Positions 49,404-58,710 of a DNA stretch of 64,000 nt are shown piece after piece; the first letter of the stretch is position 1, and every line of letters starts with the position of its first letter. Position numbers and translations under genes: made by a program. Source of the stretch: an uncultured Hyphomicrobiales bacterium (GTDB lineage: Bacteria; Pseudomonadota; Alphaproteobacteria; Reyranellales; JAQSWP01); contig CAYLYK010000002.1 of NCBI GenBank assembly GCA_964388115.1, forward strand, positions 47,255-111,254. Direction: 5' to 3'. Below the pieces are notes generated by a model. That model had not been told where the DNA came from, ran no database searches, and saw only the letters and a list, made by a program, of their open reading frames with translations.

Positions 49404-49576
49404 CCAACCTTCTGCTTCCGGGCCTGCTGGGAATTGCGATCCTGGTGACTTTCCTGGCCGTCATGCTGGGCAAGATCCTGGCTATTCCGCTGATCGTCAT
49501 CGCGGTCGTCGTCATCGCCATGCTGCTTTACGATTTCTATCTCGAGATCAAGGCCGCGCGCAGCGGCGGCAAATAG
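49400..49576 (+). CDS. 58-aa small membrane protein (below the ORF-track cutoff)
   Basis: MTNLLLPGLLGIAILVTFLAVMLGKILAIPLIVIAVVVIAMLLYDFYLEIKAARSGGK. ATGA-coupled to the amidase; two hydrophobic helices; fills the gap to the convergent gene. Confidence 0.75.
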   Translation: MTNLLLPGLLGIAILVTFLAVMLGKILAIPLIVIAVVVIAMLLYDFYLEIKAARSGGK

Positions 49577-49578
49577 AC

Positions 49579-50097
49579 CTACTTCGCGAAGCTTTTCGAT
49601 CCGATCAGACGCTGCCCCAGCAGCAGCGCCACCGCATTCGGCCCCTCAAAGGCAAGGCGCGCCGCCGACTCTACTGACGCCGCCACGTCTTCCGCCTTGT
49701 CCACGCGCTGCACGATGACGCCCACCGCCTTCAGCGTCTCTTCCGTCGCCTGCCCCATCGAAACCTGCCACGGATTGAACTCGCCCCATTCGCCGCGCAT
49801 GGTGATCAGCATCAGCAGCGGCAGGCGGCAGATGCGCGGCAGGCCCAGCATGTTGATGCAATTGCCGACGCCGGAGGACTGCATCAGCAGCGTCCCGCGC
49901 AAGCCGCCCAGCGAGCCGCCGGCCAGCAGCGCCACGCCGTCCTCTTCCGTCGCCAGCGGCGCGACACGCATGTCATTGTCGGCCTGGCACATCTCGATCA
50001 GCCGCTTGTGGCCGGCATCGGGCACATGCGCCACCAGGCCCACATTCCAGCGCTTCAACGCCGCGAAGAGATCGTTTGGCCAGGCAGCATCGCTCAT
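49579..50097 (-). CDS. TPP-dependent decarboxylase N-terminal subunit (ComD-like)
   Basis: HVPDAGH, TEEDGVALLAG, LMQSSGVGNCIN and TMRGEWGEFNPWQV motifs. ATGA overlap with the upstream dehydrogenase. Confidence 0.85.
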   Translation of the reverse strand: MSDAAWPNDLFAALKRWNVGLVAHVPDAGHKRLIEMCQADNDMRVAPLATEEDGVALLAGGSLGGLRGTLLMQSSGVGNCINMLGLPRICRLPLLMLITMRGEWGEFNPWQVSMGQATEETLKAVGVIVQRVDKAEDVAASVESAARLAFEGPNAVALLLGQRLIGSKSFAK

Positions 50098-51008
50098 TTG
50101 ACGCGCACCTTGGCAACACCCGCCTGCTCGCAGGCGAGATCGAGCAAGGCCGAGAAATCGCGCCCGCCGTAGTCGCCGCTCTTCTTGGCCAGCGACAGCG
50201 CCTCGCGCGCCGCCGCCCCCATGAAGGCCGGCACGCCGAAATCCGATGCCGCCTGCATCGCCAGCGCCAGGTCCTTGTGCGCGAGCGCAATGCGGAAGCC
50301 AGGCGCCGTGTCGCCCGACAGCACCTTGATCGGCCACATGATCTTCAGATGCCCGTTGGTCGCGGTGGTGCCGTTGACGACGTCGAGCGTGGTCCTGGGA
50401 TCGAGCCCGAAAGCCTGCGCCAGCGCCATCGCTTCGGCCGATAGCTGGCAGGTGGCAATCGCGAGGAAGTTGTTTACAAGCTTGGTGCGGATGCCAGCGC
50501 CTGGCGCGCCGCAATGATGGATGGTGGTGCCCATGGCTTCCAGCACGCCGCGCACGCGGCCCAGATCGTTGTCGCGCGCGCCGACCATGAACAGGCTCTC
50601 GCCTTTCTCCGCCTGCGTCACCGTGCGGCCGACCGGCGCATCGACGAAGCCCAGCCCGCGATCGCGCAACGCCGCCGCCAGCCTGTCGGTCGCCGCCGGA
50701 TCGATGGTGCTCATGTCGACCACCAGCGTGTCACGCCGCGCATGGTCGGCAATGCCGCCCTTGCCCAGCACGACTTCGTCGACGTCAGGCGAATTGGGCA
50801 GCATGGTGAAAATGATGTCGCACTCGCGCGCCAGGTCCGCGAGCGACGCCGCGGCGCGAGCGCCGGCCTGGATCAGCGGCGCCATCGCCTCAGTTCGCAC
50901 GTCGAACACCGTCAGATCGTGCCCCTTGGCCGCGATGTTGCGCGCCATGGGCCGCCCCATCGCGCCCAAACCGACGAAGCCGATCTTTTCCTTACCGCCT
51001 GCAGTCAT
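50094..51008 (-). CDS. Beta-hydroxyacid dehydrogenase, YihU/sulfolactaldehyde reductase-like
   Basis: GFVGLGAMG, DAPVGRTxxxAxxG (instead of the usual DAPVSGG), GIRTKLVNN and WPIKVLSGD...LAHKDL, closely recalling E. coli YihU. Confidence 0.8.
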   Translation of the reverse strand: MTAGGKEKIGFVGLGAMGRPMARNIAAKGHDLTVFDVRTEAMAPLIQAGARAAASLADLARECDIIFTMLPNSPDVDEVVLGKGGIADHARRDTLVVDMSTIDPAATDRLAAALRDRGLGFVDAPVGRTVTQAEKGESLFMVGARDNDLGRVRGVLEAMGTTIHHCGAPGAGIRTKLVNNFLAIATCQLSAEAMALAQAFGLDPRTTLDVVNGTTATNGHLKIMWPIKVLSGDTAPGFRIALAHKDLALAMQAASDFGVPAFMGAAAREALSLAKKSGDYGGRDFSALLDLACEQAGVAKVRVK

Positions 51009-51223
51009 TCTGTTTCCTCCGCTGCGGCAGTCTCCCGGCTGACGCCGTCAACGTCAATTGCGCCATGCCATTCGTCCGATGATTTTATCCGGTGGGCCTG
51101 CTGCCCTTGCCGCAGCGCGGCACGTCATCCACAACGAAAGCCGCAAATGTGAGCGTCACGCTCGCCTCGTCCGTGACAGAATCGAAACCGGTGCCCGGCA
51201 CCAAACAACTGGGAGAAACGACC

Positions 51224-51613
51224 ATGGGATCCGAACTTGCCTTGCTCGCTTGGAGCGCGGCGTTGTGCCTTGTATTGATACTGCCCTACGCGACCGCCCT
51301 GACCTTGAAGCTTGGCCTGCCGGTGATGGCCGGCAATCGCGAAGGCCTGCCCGAGCCGACCGGCTGGATCGGCCGCGCCAAGCGGGCGCATATGAACATG
51401 CTCGAGAATCTCGTGCCGTTTGCGGCACTGGTGCTGGCGGCGCATGGCATGGGCAAGCTGGGGGCGCTGACCATGTTGGGCGCGCAGCTCTTCTTCTGGG
51501 GCCGCGTCGCGCATGCCGTCATCTATATCGCCGGCATTCCCTATCTGCGCACAGCGGCCTTCTTCGCCGGCTATGTCGGCATGTTCATGATCTTCGTTAG
51601 CATCGTCCGTTAG
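51224..51613 (+). CDS. MAPEG family membrane protein
   Basis: RAKRAHMNMLENLVPF and FFWGRVAHAVIY motifs. GGGAGA RBS. Confidence 0.85.
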   Translation: MGSELALLAWSAALCLVLILPYATALTLKLGLPVMAGNREGLPEPTGWIGRAKRAHMNMLENLVPFAALVLAAHGMGKLGALTMLGAQLFFWGRVAHAVIYIAGIPYLRTAAFFAGYVGMFMIFVSIVR

Positions 51614-51619
51614 TCTTGG

Positions 51620-51640
51620 AGGGGCGGCCAGCCCGCCCCT
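51620..51640. terminator. Hairpin between convergent genes
   Basis: 8-bp stem AGGGGCGG / CCGCCCCT. Confidence 0.4.
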
Positions 51641-52546
51641 TCACTGCCGCAACAGGCACCAGGTCAGTTCGTGCTTGTTGTGGTGCAGGTGAAAAAGCTG
51701 CGATCCGGGAATGGCGGCGAAACCACGCGCCGTGTCGTGATCGGTCTTGCCCTGGAATTTCAGGGTGCAGACGAAGTTCCGTACGCTGCCCTGCTCGAGC
51801 CAGCGCTGCACCATCTTCAATAGCCGGGCCGGATAGCAGATCACATCGCAGCACAGCCAGTCGATCCGGCCGAACGATGCCGGCTCCAGCGCAAAAGCGC
51901 TGTCCTGCCGCCACTCGACGCCCGGCATCGCCGCGATACGCGGATCGAGCGGCGATTTGTCGATGGCGATGACGTTCGCGCCCAGCTTCGCCAGCACCCA
52001 GGTCCAGCCGCCCGGGCTGGCGCCCAGATCGAGACAGGTTTCGCCCGCCTGCGGATAGGCGCGCAGCCGCGTCAGCGCTTCCCACAGCTTCAGATAGGCG
52101 CGATTGGGCGGACCCTCGCGGTCCTCGACGAACTCGACTTCGCCATTGGGAAACGGGCTGGAGCATTGCGCCGAGACCAGCAGCCGATCCGGCGCCAGCA
52201 AGGTCCATGAGCCCAGCGGTGCGGCGGGCGCAGGCTGCGGGAAGACGATCGGCTTGGCCGAAACATGCGGCAGTTTCTCGGCAATGAGCCTGGCGCGTCG
52301 GAAATGCTCGGGGGCATAAAGCGACCAGTTGCGCTGGATCGCCCGCAGCTTCGACGCAGCATCGCCGATGGACGCGATCTCGATCTCTTGCGGCGCCTGC
52401 CAGATATTGGCGGCCCAGGCCGCAGGCATTGCATCGCCTTGGCAGATCATCAACCGCCCATGCTCGGCCACGATCCGCTCGCCCAGCTCGACGCGCAGCT
52501 GCGCCTCGAAGCCTTCCGTGGCGAGATAGGCGCTGCCCATCGTCAT
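51641..52546 (-). CDS. FtsJ/RlmM-like SAM-dependent RNA 2'-O-methyltransferase
   Basis: PNRAYLKLWEA, CLDLGASPGGWT, WLCCDV, TLKF and HNKHELT give the K-D-K-E tetrad. Confidence 0.8.
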   Translation of the reverse strand: MTMGSAYLATEGFEAQLRVELGERIVAEHGRLMICQGDAMPAAWAANIWQAPQEIEIASIGDAASKLRAIQRNWSLYAPEHFRRARLIAEKLPHVSAKPIVFPQPAPAAPLGSWTLLAPDRLLVSAQCSSPFPNGEVEFVEDREGPPNRAYLKLWEALTRLRAYPQAGETCLDLGASPGGWTWVLAKLGANVIAIDKSPLDPRIAAMPGVEWRQDSAFALEPASFGRIDWLCCDVICYPARLLKMVQRWLEQGSVRNFVCTLKFQGKTDHDTARGFAAIPGSQLFHLHHNKHELTWCLLRQ

Positions 52547-53523
52547 TCCTTCTCGGCGAAGAATGCGGTCGCGCGCTTGTCGGCGCCCGATGGCAGCGGC
52601 GCTTGCGGATCGAGCATCCAGGCCAGCACATCCTCCTGCACCCGACCTGCCTGCAGATCGCGCAGCAGCAAGTGATAGCCTTCGTCGTAGACTGCCAGCT
52701 TGATGCCGGCATCGGCCGGGAAATCCCTGGCCATGTTGCGCATGACGTCGGGCGGCACGACGCGATCGCGCGCGCCGTACGCCACCAGCATGGGGCCTTT
52801 CAGCTTCGGCGCCGCTTCCAGCGCCGCATCCATGGCATCGACCAGACCCCATACAAGATCGACGCGCGGCGACTTGATCACCAGCGGATCGCGCGACAGC
52901 TCGCGCAGCATCTCGATATTGTCGGACGGGCTGTAGTTCATGCCGACCGTCGACACCGGCCACCAAGGGATGGAATGCGCAATCAGCCACAGCCCGTTAC
53001 GCCCCATGATCCCAAGCGTTTCGCGCCCGCGCGCCGCAGGCCCCAGCAGCACCGTGGCGTCGGGATAGGGCACGCGCCCTTGCGCCAGCGCGGCCATGAT
53101 CAGCGCCGAGCCCATGCTTTCGCCCATCAGCACGAATCTCGCGCCGGCGTGGCGGCGGCGGATCAACGACTGCGCCATGGCGAGATCGTCGATCATCGCC
53201 TCAACGCCGGCCCAGCGCCGCGCCGTCGCGGTGGCGCCGAAACCGCGCTGATCGTAGGCATAGGTGGCGACACCCTTTTCGCGCCAGATCAGCGCCGCCT
53301 TCTCGAAGGCCTTGGAATAGTCGCCAAAGCCATGCAGCCCTAGCACGACGATCTTGACCTCGCCGTCCGGTATCCAGCGCCGCAACGGCAGGCGATAGCC
53401 ATCGGCGGCGATCAGCGCATCGTCCTGTAGCGACGGCGTGACAGTCGCCGGCCCCGCCGGCTGCATCACCGGCGCGCACGCAACCAGCAACGCCAGTAGA
53501 AGCGCCGCGGCGAGTGGCTTCAT
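52543..53523 (-). CDS. Alpha/beta hydrolase (lysophospholipase-like), lipoprotein
   Basis: LLVAC lipobox; LHGFGDY, DQRGFG, GESMG, D..V and YHLL motifs. Confidence 0.88.
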   Translation of the reverse strand: MKPLAAALLLALLVACAPVMQPAGPATVTPSLQDDALIAADGYRLPLRRWIPDGEVKIVVLGLHGFGDYSKAFEKAALIWREKGVATYAYDQRGFGATATARRWAGVEAMIDDLAMAQSLIRRRHAGARFVLMGESMGSALIMAALAQGRVPYPDATVLLGPAARGRETLGIMGRNGLWLIAHSIPWWPVSTVGMNYSPSDNIEMLRELSRDPLVIKSPRVDLVWGLVDAMDAALEAAPKLKGPMLVAYGARDRVVPPDVMRNMARDFPADAGIKLAVYDEGYHLLLRDLQAGRVQEDVLAWMLDPQAPLPSGADKRATAFFAEKE

Positions 53524-54494
53524 TTGCCCTGCGTCAAAGCGACGAACGCGTCTTCCAGATCGCTCTCTTCCGTCGTCAGGTCAACGACGTCGAGCCCCGC
53601 CGCCTGCGCCGCCGCAATGATCTGCAGCACGTTGGTAGCGCTGGGGCGGTAGCCGACATCGATGCGCTGTGGCTCCTTCAGGCTGGCATGCCATTGCGCG
53701 AAGGAAGGCGGCAGCGCCTCGATAGCTCGCGCCAGTCGCAGAATCACCTTCTTGCTGTCCAGCCGCGTCAGCAGCGCTTCGGTGGTGTCATTGGCCATCA
53801 CCTGACCGCGATGGATGATGGCGATGCGATCGCACAACTCCTGTGCTTCTTCCAAATAATGCGTCGTCAGCAGCACCGTGGTGCCGGCAGCATTGAGCTG
53901 GCGGACATAGGCCCAGAGCTGCTGGCGCAATTCGATGTCGACGCCGGCGGTCGGCTCGTCGAGCACAAGAACCGGCGGGTTATGCACCAACGCCTTAGCG
54001 ACCAGCAGACGCCGGCGCATGCCGCCCGACAGCGTGCGGGCATAGGCATCCGCCTTGTCGGTGAGCCGCACCGCTTCCAGGATTTCCATCGTCCGCCGCT
54101 TAGACGGCGGCACGCCATAAAGCCCGGCCTGCAGCTCCAGCGCCTGGCGCGGGGTGAAGAACGGATCGAGGTTGAGCTCCTGCGGCACCACGCCGATCGC
54201 CGCGCGTGCATTGCGCGGCTGCTCTTCGATGTCGATGTCCCAGATGCGGGCGCTGCCCGACGTTTTGACCACCAGCCCGGCCAGGATGTTGATGAGCGTC
54301 GACTTGCCGGCGCCATTGGGGCCCAGCAGGCCAAAGATCGACCCGCGCGGTATCGCCAGATCGACATTGTCCAGGGCGGCGCGGGGGACGCCGCCGCTGC
54401 GCGGCTTGTAGATCTTGGTCAGCCCGCACACCTCCACGGCCAGCGCGGGCAATAAACCTTCAGGCTTGTCGTTTTCGGTCACGATACTGTCCAT
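53520..54494 (-). CDS. ABC-2 type exporter ATP-binding protein (YadG-like)
   Basis: GPNGAGKST, LSGGMRRR, LDEPTAGVD and TTHYLEEA motifs. Confidence 0.92.
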   Translation of the reverse strand: MDSIVTENDKPEGLLPALAVEVCGLTKIYKPRSGGVPRAALDNVDLAIPRGSIFGLLGPNGAGKSTLINILAGLVVKTSGSARIWDIDIEEQPRNARAAIGVVPQELNLDPFFTPRQALELQAGLYGVPPSKRRTMEILEAVRLTDKADAYARTLSGGMRRRLLVAKALVHNPPVLVLDEPTAGVDIELRQQLWAYVRQLNAAGTTVLLTTHYLEEAQELCDRIAIIHRGQVMANDTTEALLTRLDSKKVILRLARAIEALPPSFAQWHASLKEPQRIDVGYRPSATNVLQIIAAAQAAGLDVVDLTTEESDLEDAFVALTQGK

Positions 54495-54619
54495 GGCCGG
54501 CAAGCTGGCCCAGCGGGGCGGCAAAAACAAGGCCGCTGGCGGGCCGCCGCGACGCTTGATCTGCCGCCATCCCCGGCTATGATCCGCGCCAATTACCCCT
54601 CAGCCGATAGGCATTTGTC

Positions 54620-54805
54620 ATGGCCGTCCCTCCTCCGCCGGAAACCATCGAAGTCGAAAAGACCGAAATCTCCTGCGATGGCGGCGGCGGCGCGCTGGGC
54701 CACCCGAGAGTCTGGCTCAATCTGGGCAAGAACGGCACCGTCGATTGTCCCTATTGCGACCGCCGCTTTGTGCTGAAGGCGGGCGCTCACGCCCACGCGC
54801 ATTAA
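54620..54805 (+). CDS. Zinc-finger protein (zf-CHCC, NDUFS6-like)
   Basis: [16 protein letters not shown]...CPYCDRRF. Confidence 0.88.
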   Translation: MAVPPPPETIEVEKTEISCDGGGGALGHPRVWLNLGKNGTVDCPYCDRRFVLKAGAHAHAH

Positions 54806-54868
54806 CAACCCAAACTGTCCTCAGTCGCCTTGTGGCGGGCGCGCAAGCGGCCGGTGTAAACTGCCGGC

Positions 54869-57838
54869 ATGAACGCCAAAGCCACGAAATCAGCCGCAAA
54901 ACCCGACGCCAAACCAGCCGCAAAGCCTGAGCCCAAACTCGGCAACATGCGCAATCTCTATCTGGTCGACGGCTCGGGTTATATCTTCCGCGCCTTCCAT
55001 GCCCTGCCGCCGATGACGCGGTCGGACGGCACGCCGACCAATGCGGTGTTCGGCTTCTCCTCCATGCTGATGCGCCTGATGGACGATGCCGGCGCCGACC
55101 ATCTGGCCGTCATTTTCGATGCCGGCCGCGAAACCTTCCGCAACAAGATCTACGACCAGTACAAGGCGCACCGGCCGGAGCCGCCGGAAGAATTGATCCC
55201 GCAATTCGCGCTGATCCGCGAGGCGGTGCGCGCCTTCAACGTGCCCTGCATCGAACTGGCGGGTTACGAGGCGGACGACCTGATCGCCACCTACGCCGAC
55301 CAGGCGCGCGAGATGGGCGCCCAGGTCATCATCGTGTCGTCGGACAAGGATCTGATGCAGCTGGTGCGCGATGGCGTGCAGATGCTGGACCCGATCAAGA
55401 ACCGCATCATCAGCACGCCCGAGGTGCTGGAGAAATTCGGCGTCGCGCCCGAAAAGGTGGTCGACGTCCAGGCGCTGGCCGGCGATTCGACCGACAACGT
55501 GCCGGGTGTTCCCGGCATCGGCATCAAGACCGCCGCTCAGCTCATCACCGAATACGGCGATCTGGAAACGCTGCTGGCCAGCACGGCCAAGATCAAACAG
55601 CCCAAGCGCCGCGAGGCGCTGGAAGCCAATGCCGAACTCGCGCGCATTTCCAAGAAGCTGGTGCAGCTCGATCACAACGTGCCGGTGCCGCAACATGCCG
55701 ATACGTTCGACAAGACCGAGCCCGACCCCGCGATCCTGATCCCGTGGCTGGAGCATCAGGGCTTCAAGCGCATCCTGCCTCGCGCCCGCGAACGCTTTGG
55801 CGACGCGCCCGCCGGTGCGCCGGTGCCCGACCTGTCCGATGGCATCGAAAGCGAAACGCAGCGCCAGGCGCGCGTCGCCAGCTTCAATGCCGAGAAAGCC
55901 AAGAACGGCGGCGTCGCCCCGCCGGCGCCGCCCAAACCAGTGCGCCAGTACGAGGAGATCAAGGACGACCTGCCGCCCATCGGCCAGACGCCGTACGAGC
56001 TGGTGACCGATGCCGCCGTGTTGGAATCCTGGATGGCCGAAGCCATGCGGGCAGGCATCGTCACCGTCGATACCGAAACCGATTCGCTGGACGAGTTGAA
56101 AGCCAATCTGATCGGCGTCGCCCTGGCGCTGCCGGATGGCCGCGCCTGCTACGTCCCGATCGGCCATCGCAAGCCCGGCACGCAGGGCACGCTCGATTTC
56201 GACGGCGGCGGCGCGGGCGAATTGCTGCCCGGGCAGCTGCCGCTGGATAAAGTCGTCAAGATCCTGAAGCCCGTGCTGGAAAGCGACGCGGTGCTGAAGA
56301 TCGGCCAGAACGTGAAGTACGATCTGAAGGTGTTGCGCCGGCATGGCATCGACATGACACCGGTGGACGACACCATGTTGCTATCCTTCGTGCTGGAAGG
56401 CGGCAAGCACGGCCACGGCATGGACGAGCTTTCCGAACTCTTCCTCAGTCACAAGCCGATCACCTTCGACGACGTCACCGGCACCGGCCGCAACCGCGTT
56501 ACTTTCGATCAGGTGCCATTGGACAAGGCGCTGCCCTATTCCGCCGAGGACGCCGAAGTCACCTATCGGCTGTGGCGTCTGTTCAAGCCGCGCCTGGTGG
56601 CTGAGAGCATGACGGCCATGTATGAGCGCTACGAGCGGCCGCTGATCCCGGTGTTGGCCGACATGGAGCAGGCCGGCATCAAGGTCGACGAAACGGAGCT
56701 GAAGCGCCTGTCGGCCGATTTCGCCGAACGCCTGGTCGAGCTGGAGAAGCAGATCCACAAGATTGCCGGCCATCCCTTCAACATCGGCTCGCCCAAGCAG
56801 TTGGGCGAGGTGATGTTCGACGAGATGAAGCTGGGCGCTGGCTCGAAATCCTCCAAGACCGGCGCCTACACCACCGGCGCCGACATTCTCGAAGAGCTGG
56901 CCGCACAAGGCCATGAGCTGCCAGCGCGTGTGCTCGACTGGCGGCAGCTGTCGAAACTGAAAAGCACTTATACCGACGCACTGCTGCAGCAGATCGACGC
57001 CAACGACCGGCGTGTGCACACCTCCTACCACATGACCGGTGCCGCCACCGGCCGATTGGCCTCGACCGATCCCAATCTGCAGAACATCCCGATCCGCACC
57101 GAGGAAGGCCGCAAGATCCGCAAGGCCTTCATCGCCGAGCCGGGCAACGTGCTGCTGTCGGCCGACTATTCGCAGATCGAGCTTCGCCTGCTGGCGCATG
57201 TCGCCGATATCGAAACCTTGAAGGAAGCGTTCAGGAACGGCGAGGATATCCACGCCATCACCGCCAGCCAGGTCTTCGGCATTCCCGTCAAGGGCATGGA
57301 TCCGATGATCCGCCGCAAGGCCAAGGCGATCAATTTCGGCATCATCTACGGCATTTCCGGCTTCGGCCTGGCCGCCCAGCTCGGCATCCCGCAGAAGGAA
57401 GCCAGCGACTACATCAAGGCCTATTTCGAACGCTATCCCGGCATCCGCGCCTATATGGACAGCACCAAGACCTTCTGCCGCGCCAATGGCTTTGTCCAAA
57501 CGCCGTTCGGTCGCAAGGTGTTCCTCAACGGCATCAACGACAAGAACCCGGCCCGCCGCGCTTTCTCGGAACGCGCCGCCATCAACGCCCCGCTGCAGGG
57601 CGGTGCCGCCGACATCATCAAGAAGGCGATGATCAAGCTGCCGCCCGCATTGGCGACAGCAAAGCTCAAGACCAGGATGCTGCTGCAGGTGCATGACGAA
57701 TTGCTGTTCGAGGTGCCGCAGGCCGAACTCGGCAAGGCGGCGACGGCGATCAAGCAGGTGATGGAATCGGTGGCGACGCTCTCGGTGCCACTGGTGGTCG
57801 AAACCGGGCACGGCAAGAGCTGGGCCGAAGCGCATTAG
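54869..57838 (+). CDS. polA: DNA polymerase I
   Basis: LVDGSGYIFRAFHA 5'-3' exonuclease, DTET ExoI, SADYSQIELR motif A, KAINFGIIYG motif B and QVHDEL motif C. Confidence 0.98.
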   Translation: MNAKATKSAAKPDAKPAAKPEPKLGNMRNLYLVDGSGYIFRAFHALPPMTRSDGTPTNAVFGFSSMLMRLMDDAGADHLAVIFDAGRETFRNKIYDQYKAHRPEPPEELIPQFALIREAVRAFNVPCIELAGYEADDLIATYADQAREMGAQVIIVSSDKDLMQLVRDGVQMLDPIKNRIISTPEVLEKFGVAPEKVVDVQALAGDSTDNVPGVPGIGIKTAAQLITEYGDLETLLASTAKIKQPKRREALEANAELARISKKLVQLDHNVPVPQHADTFDKTEPDPAILIPWLEHQGFKRILPRARERFGDAPAGAPVPDLSDGIESETQRQARVASFNAEKAKNGGVAPPAPPKPVRQYEEIKDDLPPIGQTPYELVTDAAVLESWMAEAMRAGIVTVDTETDSLDELKANLIGVALALPDGRACYVPIGHRKPGTQGTLDFDGGGAGELLPGQLPLDKVVKILKPVLESDAVLKIGQNVKYDLKVLRRHGIDMTPVDDTMLLSFVLEGGKHGHGMDELSELFLSHKPITFDDVTGTGRNRVTFDQVPLDKALPYSAEDAEVTYRLWRLFKPRLVAESMTAMYERYERPLIPVLADMEQAGIKVDETELKRLSADFAERLVELEKQIHKIAGHPFNIGSPKQLGEVMFDEMKLGAGSKSSKTGAYTTGADILEELAAQGHELPARVLDWRQLSKLKSTYTDALLQQIDANDRRVHTSYHMTGAATGRLASTDPNLQNIPIRTEEGRKIRKAFIAEPGNVLLSADYSQIELRLLAHVADIETLKEAFRNGEDIHAITASQVFGIPVKGMDPMIRRKAKAINFGIIYGISGFGLAAQLGIPQKEASDYIKAYFERYPGIRAYMDSTKTFCRANGFVQTPFGRKVFLNGINDKNPARRAFSERAAINAPLQGGAADIIKKAMIKLPPALATAKLKTRMLLQVHDELLFEVPQAELGKAATAIKQVMESVATLSVPLVVETGHGKSWAEAH

Positions 57839-57854
57839 CCCGAGGGAGAGCATC

Positions 57855-58697
57855 ATGCGTTGGCATTCGATTCTTGGCGCCGGCCTTCTGGCGCTGGCCG
57901 CCATCGCCGGCGCCGCGACGGCGCACGCTCAACGCCCGGCCGACGAAAGCTTCCTGCCGGCGATCGTTGACCGAACGGACACGATCAGCATTACCACCAA
58001 CGAGGACCCCGATATCTTTCCAGGCCTGCGGCCCCTGCCAAACGAGCGCTTCTCCGAAGAATGCACCGATTTGAAAGACGCGCATGCCGAAGAGGCCAAG
58101 ATCATCGCCAGGCACGCCCAATCCGTCGCGCGCAAAGGCGATCCGCGCCGAAACAGCGAATTGCAGATCAAGCTGACGAAGGGGCGCACCATTCGGTTCT
58201 TCGACTATCCCTGCGGCGAGAGCTTTACTTCCTACATATTCGTCGATCTTCTGCCGCAGATCGGCTTTGCCCTGGTCGCCGAGCACATCTACGAGGACTA
58301 TTCCTACATTGCGGCGTCGCTGAACAGCGGCCGGGTCAGCAAGCTGCTCGACAAGCCGGTGCTCTCGCCCGACGGCAAGCGCTTTGCCGCCTACCGCTAC
58401 GACATGATGAACGCCGTCACGGAACTGACGCTCTACACCATCAAATCCGATCGCGTCCTGAACGAAGCGGCCTGCGAAGTTGTCATTGGCGGCTCGCAGA
58501 CCGATGCTACGCCAGTGCCGAAATGGAGTGGAGCCGAGACGTTGTCCTTCGTCGTGGCGGAGACCGGCAAGCCGTTTCCCGACGGACCAGTGCTGAGACG
58601 CCAGGGCAAGGATTGGGTGCTGGAAGGGCCGGTCACCTTCACGCTCGAAGGCAGGCAGAAGAAGCCGTTCCGGCAGGTCTGCCAGACCTTCAAGTGA
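57855..58697 (+). CDS. Secreted hypothetical protein (paralog of 59341..60264)
   Basis: Signal peptide, GGGAGAG RBS, LQIKLTKGRTIRFFD and PVLSPDGKRFAA segments. Confidence 0.75.
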   Translation: MRWHSILGAGLLALAAIAGAATAHAQRPADESFLPAIVDRTDTISITTNEDPDIFPGLRPLPNERFSEECTDLKDAHAEEAKIIARHAQSVARKGDPRRNSELQIKLTKGRTIRFFDYPCGESFTSYIFVDLLPQIGFALVAEHIYEDYSYIAASLNSGRVSKLLDKPVLSPDGKRFAAYRYDMMNAVTELTLYTIKSDRVLNEAACEVVIGGSQTDATPVPKWSGAETLSFVVAETGKPFPDGPVLRRQGKDWVLEGPVTFTLEGRQKKPFRQVCQTFK

Positions 58698-58710
58698 GCG
58701 CCAAGCCGTC

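Noticed and set aside
55780-56000. Long Pro/Ala-rich linker in PolA as a possible intein or insertion
   Set aside because: No intein C/S...HN motifs or endonuclease signature. It is a low-complexity interdomain linker at the usual variable position.
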